A stretch of 64,000 bases of DNA from an uncultured Gemmatimonadales bacterium (GTDB lineage Bacteria > Gemmatimonadota > Gemmatimonadetes > Longimicrobiales > RSA9), in contig CAWCRS010000005.1 of the NCBI GenBank assembly GCA_963798085.1, forward strand, positions 480,001 to 544,000, written 5' to 3'. The notes beneath the pieces were generated by a model. It did not search any database. It was not told where the DNA came from and saw nothing but the letters and a program-made list of their open reading frames with translations. Positions 60,287-64,000 of the stretch are shown here, piece by piece. The translations under genes and the position numbers were made by a program. Every line of letters starts with the position of its first letter. The stretch's first letter is position 1.

Positions 60287-61402
60287 ATGGATTACATCGA
60301 GCAACCGGGACAGCTGCAGGAACTCGCGGATTCGCTTGCGCTCGAGCCGCTGCTGGCCGTGGACACCGAGGCCGCGGGCTATCACCGCTACGCGGACCGC
60401 GTGTGCCTGCTGCAGCTGTCCACGCGGCGCCGGACGTTCGTGGTGGATGCGCTGGCGCTGGATCTCGCGCCGCTGCGTTCCGTTTTCGCCGACACCTCGC
60501 ACGAGATCGTCATTCACGACGCGGAGTACGACCTGCGCCTGCTGGCGCGCGATTTCACGATCGGCATCGGGCGGCTCTTCGACACCAAGCTCGCGGCGCA
60601 ATTCCTGGGTGAGCCCGCCATCGGGCTGGCCGGCCTCGTGGAGAAGCACCTTGCCGTGCGCCTGGACAAGAAACACCAGCGCGCGGACTGGGCGCAGCGC
60701 CCGCTGCCGCGCGAGCTGCTCGAGTACGCCGCGGACGATACCCGCTACCTGGCGGAGCTGCGCGACCGGTTGCGCACCGCCCTCGAAGAGCTCGGCCGCC
60801 TGCACTGGGCGGAGGAGGAATTCGCGCTGCGGGCAGCCGCCGATTTCTCGCCCGCCCAGGCCGATGGCGATGGCTTCCTGCGCCTCAAGAACACGCGTGA
60901 CCTGGGGCCGCGGCAGCTGGCGGCGCTGCGCGAGGTGTACGGCTGGCGCGACGACATGGCGAGGGAGCGCGATCTCGCGCCGTTCCGCGTGGTCTCCAAT
61001 GAAGTGCTCGCGGCGATTGCGCGCGGCATGCCGGAATCGGTGCGTGAGCTGACCGAGCTGGAGGGCATCAATGCCGCGGGCGTGCGGCACGCGCGCGATC
61101 TCGTGGCCGCCGTGCGCCGGGCCCGGGAGCTGCCCGAATCGGCGCTGCCGGTACGCCGCCGCGGTCCGCGGCGACCCGCGGCGGACCCCGCCTTCGAGAG
61201 CCTGGTCGAGCGACTCAAGACCGTGCGCGATGAAACCGCCGACCGCCTTGCCATGGATCGCGGCTTCCTCATGCCTCGCCAGCAGCTCGAGGACATTGCG
61301 CGCGCCCGGCCGCGCACCCTCGCGCAGCTGCGCGCCATTCCGGAAATGCGGAACTGGCAGGTGGAAGTGCTGGGCGACGCGCTGCTCGAAGTGCTGCGCT
61401 GA
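60287..61402 (+). CDS. rnd: Ribonuclease D (DEDD exonuclease + HRDC)
   Basis: AVDTE, CLLQLS, FDTKLAA, ADWAQRPL, YAADD, HRDC domains. Confidence 0.93.
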   Translation: MDYIEQPGQLQELADSLALEPLLAVDTEAAGYHRYADRVCLLQLSTRRRTFVVDALALDLAPLRSVFADTSHEIVIHDAEYDLRLLARDFTIGIGRLFDTKLAAQFLGEPAIGLAGLVEKHLAVRLDKKHQRADWAQRPLPRELLEYAADDTRYLAELRDRLRTALEELGRLHWAEEEFALRAAADFSPAQADGDGFLRLKNTRDLGPRQLAALREVYGWRDDMARERDLAPFRVVSNEVLAAIARGMPESVRELTELEGINAAGVRHARDLVAAVRRARELPESALPVRRRGPRRPAADPAFESLVERLKTVRDETADRLAMDRGFLMPRQQLEDIARARPRTLAQLRAIPEMRNWQVEVLGDALLEVLR

Positions 61403-61423
61403 ACCGGGCCGCCAGCGCGCGGC

Positions 61424-61640
61424 TCAGTCCTCGAATGTACCAGACGCTGACAATGATCTCCCTGCCACCCCCCGGCGTGGTCAGCGCGGACTGCCGGATC
61501 TCCACGATCTCACGCCGCGGCTTCACCGACAGCCACGCATTGATCGCTGATTCCAGGTCCGCAATGTCGGGCTCCTGGAAGAAGCGAACCTGCATGGGAC
61601 CGTGCTCCGTGTGGATGCGTGGCGCCTGGCCGAAACTCAT
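61424..61640 (-). CDS. Small Cse60-like protein (~70 aa), likely 1-nt error near the 3' end
   Basis: QVRFF...DLESAINAWL...IVEIRQS...IIVSVWY; removing one base gives IED-stop at 61424. Confidence 0.55.
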
Positions 61641-61643
61641 GGC

Positions 61644-62123
61644 TCATCCCTCCCACGGATTGAAGCCGAACGCCAGGTAATCTCCCGAGCGCGCGTCCAG
61701 TGCGGCAATGCCCTCATCAATGGCCTTGATGGTTTCTTCGCGTTCGCCCGCACCTACCGCGGCGGCCCTGATCGACTCGAGCAACGGCCGGATTTCGCGG
61801 GGCTTCAGAAGCACGTAGGCCTTCGGCCCTTCGCCGTTGCCGCGCGGCTCGATCACCAGGTCGACGAGGTCTGTCTCCTGTGATATCTTCCACACGTCGC
61901 CGGTTTTCTTGAGCAGCTTGTCTGCCACTTTGACGTCGGCGTGCAGGGTTCGCACCATCTTCTGTACCTCGCGGTCAGCCGATCCGCCGCGCTGCCGCGA
62001 GAGTCGCTTGCCGAGCGCCTCTGCGGCTTCGGCTTCGCGTTTTTCGGTGGCGTGTGCCAGGACTTCGCCGACATAGGCGTAAATGCCGAGGACCAGTGGG
62101 ATCGGGTCCAGGGGTATGCGCAT
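61644..62123 (-). CDS. Hypothetical protein
   Basis: GGAGGAG RBS; coding-like codon usage. Confidence 0.75.
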   Translation of the reverse strand: MRIPLDPIPLVLGIYAYVGEVLAHATEKREAEAAEALGKRLSRQRGGSADREVQKMVRTLHADVKVADKLLKKTGDVWKISQETDLVDLVIEPRGNGEGPKAYVLLKPREIRPLLESIRAAAVGAGEREETIKAIDEGIAALDARSGDYLAFGFNPWEG

Positions 62124-62232
62124 GGAACTCCTCCGTACGGATGCGAACGGTAACGAAAACGACGGGCGAATACGCCCGAAAGGCTGGAAGATGTTCCGAT
62201 CATGTCGGGTGAGTCAATCGAATGGAGGTGAG

Positions 62233-62592
62233 ATGAGCGAAGCCGGAACTGTGAGAATGGCGAGGACAGCCGCCATTCTGGGCAGCCTGGCGCTCCTCGC
62301 GGCCTGCGTGGATTCCGGGCTGCCGGACAAGAACCTCCCCTTGGACCAGGCGACCATCCGGCCGTTCCGGTACCAGGTCTACGATGCCTCACGCGACGTC
62401 GCGCCCGTCCGCGCAATGGACCGTGACTGGCGACCTGCCGGCCCGGCGACCTCGATTCCGGAGAGCCTGCTCACCCGCGTGGCCACGGACAACAACCGCG
62501 ATGTGTTCGCGCTCGCTACCGAGACGGCGCCCTACAGCCGGCTCTATGTCAAGGCGGATGGTGGCGGGTTCGTGCCCATGGCCATCGACTGA
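62233..62592 (+). CDS. Hypothetical lipoprotein
   Basis: GGAGGTG RBS; LLAAC lipobox. Confidence 0.7.
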   Translation: MSEAGTVRMARTAAILGSLALLAACVDSGLPDKNLPLDQATIRPFRYQVYDASRDVAPVRAMDRDWRPAGPATSIPESLLTRVATDNNRDVFALATETAPYSRLYVKADGGGFVPMAID

Positions 62593-62733
62593 GCCCCGGC
62601 CATCGGCGCTTCGGCGCGCCGGCCGACGGTCCGTCCCCCGCATGCCGCCCGCGCACAACCCCGCCCTGGCCGCGCTTGTCTAATGTGTTGCCGTGCCGCC
62701 AGCTGTGCGGCGGGTCCCCGGAAGTCTGGAGTG

Positions 62734-64000
62734 ATGTCGAGGCTGAAGCGAATCCTGATCGAGCTGCGCCGCCGCCACGTGTTCAAGGTGGTGGGTGTCT
62801 ACGCGGTGGGCGCATGGGCCGTCATCGAAGTCAGTACGACGACATTCCCTCTGCTCGGCATACCGGAGATCGGCCCGCGCCTCGTCGTCTGGCTCGCCAT
62901 ACTGGGCTTTCCGGCGGCGACCGTGCTCGCCTGGTTCTTCGATCTCACACCCGAGGGCGTCAAACGAACGACGACACTCGAGGAGGCGTCGTCGCCCTCC
63001 ATGATCGGCCCCTCGCCGGCAACGCCACCCGCTGCCGCGACTGACGCCAGCCACGCCCACTCGCGCGTGGCCAGCCGCGCCGCCGGCTTCTTCGGTCTGG
63101 GCATGCTGGTCGCGCTGGTGACCGTGGCCGCGTACTTCCGCTTCGGCCCGACGCGCGCCAGCTCGATCATCGACTCCATCGCCGTCATGCCCTTCGTCGA
63201 CCTCAGCGCCTCGCACGACCAGGAGTATTTCGCTGATGGCATGACCGAGGAGCTGCTGGACCACCTGGCTCACGTGGAAGGTCTGCGCGTGGCCGCGCGA
63301 ACCTCGTCGTTCGCATTCAAGAACACCACCGATGACGCGACGGAAATCGGCCGCAAGCTGCGCGTCGCCTCCATCCTCGAGGGCAGCATACGCCGGGACG
63401 GCAGCAAGCTGCGGGTGACGGCACAGCTCATCAATGCCCGTTCCGGCTATCACCTCTGGTCGCAGAGCTACGACGTGGAGTCGTCCTCCGTCTTCGATGT
63501 CCAGGACGAGATCTCCAGCGCCATCCTGAAGGAGCTGCGCAAGCAGTTCGCGGGGGACACGACGCCCGAGTCCGGGCGCACCGAAAACCTCGTCGCGCAC
63601 GACCTCTACCTGCGCGCCCTCGCCCGCTGGCACTACCGCAGTGAGGCCTCGGTGCGGGAAGCCGTTTCCCTGTTCGAACAGGCTGTTGCGGAGGACCCCG
63701 AGTACGCCGCCGCCTGGGCCGGGCTGGCGCAGGCCTACGCCGTGCTGCCTTCACTCGGCCGCTTCTCCATCGACGAAGCCGTGGCGAAGGGATCGGCTGC
63801 TGCGGCGCGCGCACTCTCACTCGATGCGCAGCTCGCCGATGCGCACGCGGCACTGGGGCAGATCGCGCAGGGCTTCGAGTGGGACCTCAAGGAGGCCGAG
63901 CGCGACTACCGCCACGCCATCGCCTTCAACCCCGGTTACGCCACCGCCCACCAGTGGTACGCCGAGACGCTCATGATGCTGGGCAACACGGCGCAGGCGA
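62734..64000 (+). CDS. Membrane protein with TolB-like and TPR domains, runs off the window
   Basis: ELRRRHVFKV...LAWFFDLTPEG; SIAVMPF.DLS...YFADGMTEELL; TPR repeats. Confidence 0.88.
   Translation, partial: MSRLKRILIELRRRHVFKVVGVYAVGAWAVIEVSTTTFPLLGIPEIGPRLVVWLAILGFPAATVLAWFFDLTPEGVKRTTTLEEASSPSMIGPSPATPPAAATDASHAHSRVASRAAGFFGLGMLVALVTVAAYFRFGPTRASSIIDSIAVMPFVDLSASHDQEYFADGMTEELLDHLAHVEGLRVAARTSSFAFKNTTDDATEIGRKLRVASILEGSIRRDGSKLRVTAQLINARSGYHLWSQSYDVESSSVFDVQDEISSAILKELRKQFAGDTTPESGRTENLVAHDLYLRALARWHYRSEASVREAVSLFEQAVAEDPEYAAAWAGLAQAYAVLPSLGRFSIDEAVAKGSAAAARALSLDAQLADAHAALGQIAQGFEWDLKEAERDYRHAIAFNPGYATAHQWYAETLMMLGNTAQA

Noticed and set aside
62597..62625. Intrinsic terminator (gcgc-ttcg-gcgc hairpin)
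   Set aside because: The hairpin is present but there is no U-tract, so function is unsupported.

Overview
GC-rich bacterial chromosome window. Gene content and protein style suggest Gemmatimonadota (inference only). Many genes carry single-base frameshifts, including housekeeping genes, most likely long-read consensus errors. Four zones: (1) 1-4.3 kb: type II NADH dehydrogenase, HdeD-like protein, cardiolipin synthase and a Tat-signal DUF4159 protein. (2) 4.8-35.2 kb: a cluster of secreted peptidases/amidases (M14, S51, amidohydrolase, TldD/TldE, M28, M64, S9, S45) around a MoxR-DUF58-BatA operon. It is interrupted by long rod-like palindromic intergenic elements, one of which carries a GxxExxY nuclease-fold gene. 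(3) 35.2-43.0 kb: a ~7.8 kb island bounded by a 28-bp direct repeat of the 3' end of tRNA-Thr(TGT). It carries a NarL/LuxR regulator, a recurring promoter-like motif, small envelope proteins, a PA2779-like double-glycine protein next to a C39 peptidase-TPR-putative barrel fusion, and a probable integrase relic. (4) 43.2-64 kb: core genes (cysS, MscS, pyrF, pyrD, amidase, smpB, sigma-54 regulator, pgi, pyk, rnd) plus a candidate ~225-nt structured RNA upstream of rnd. All family calls are by motif recognition; no database searches were run.
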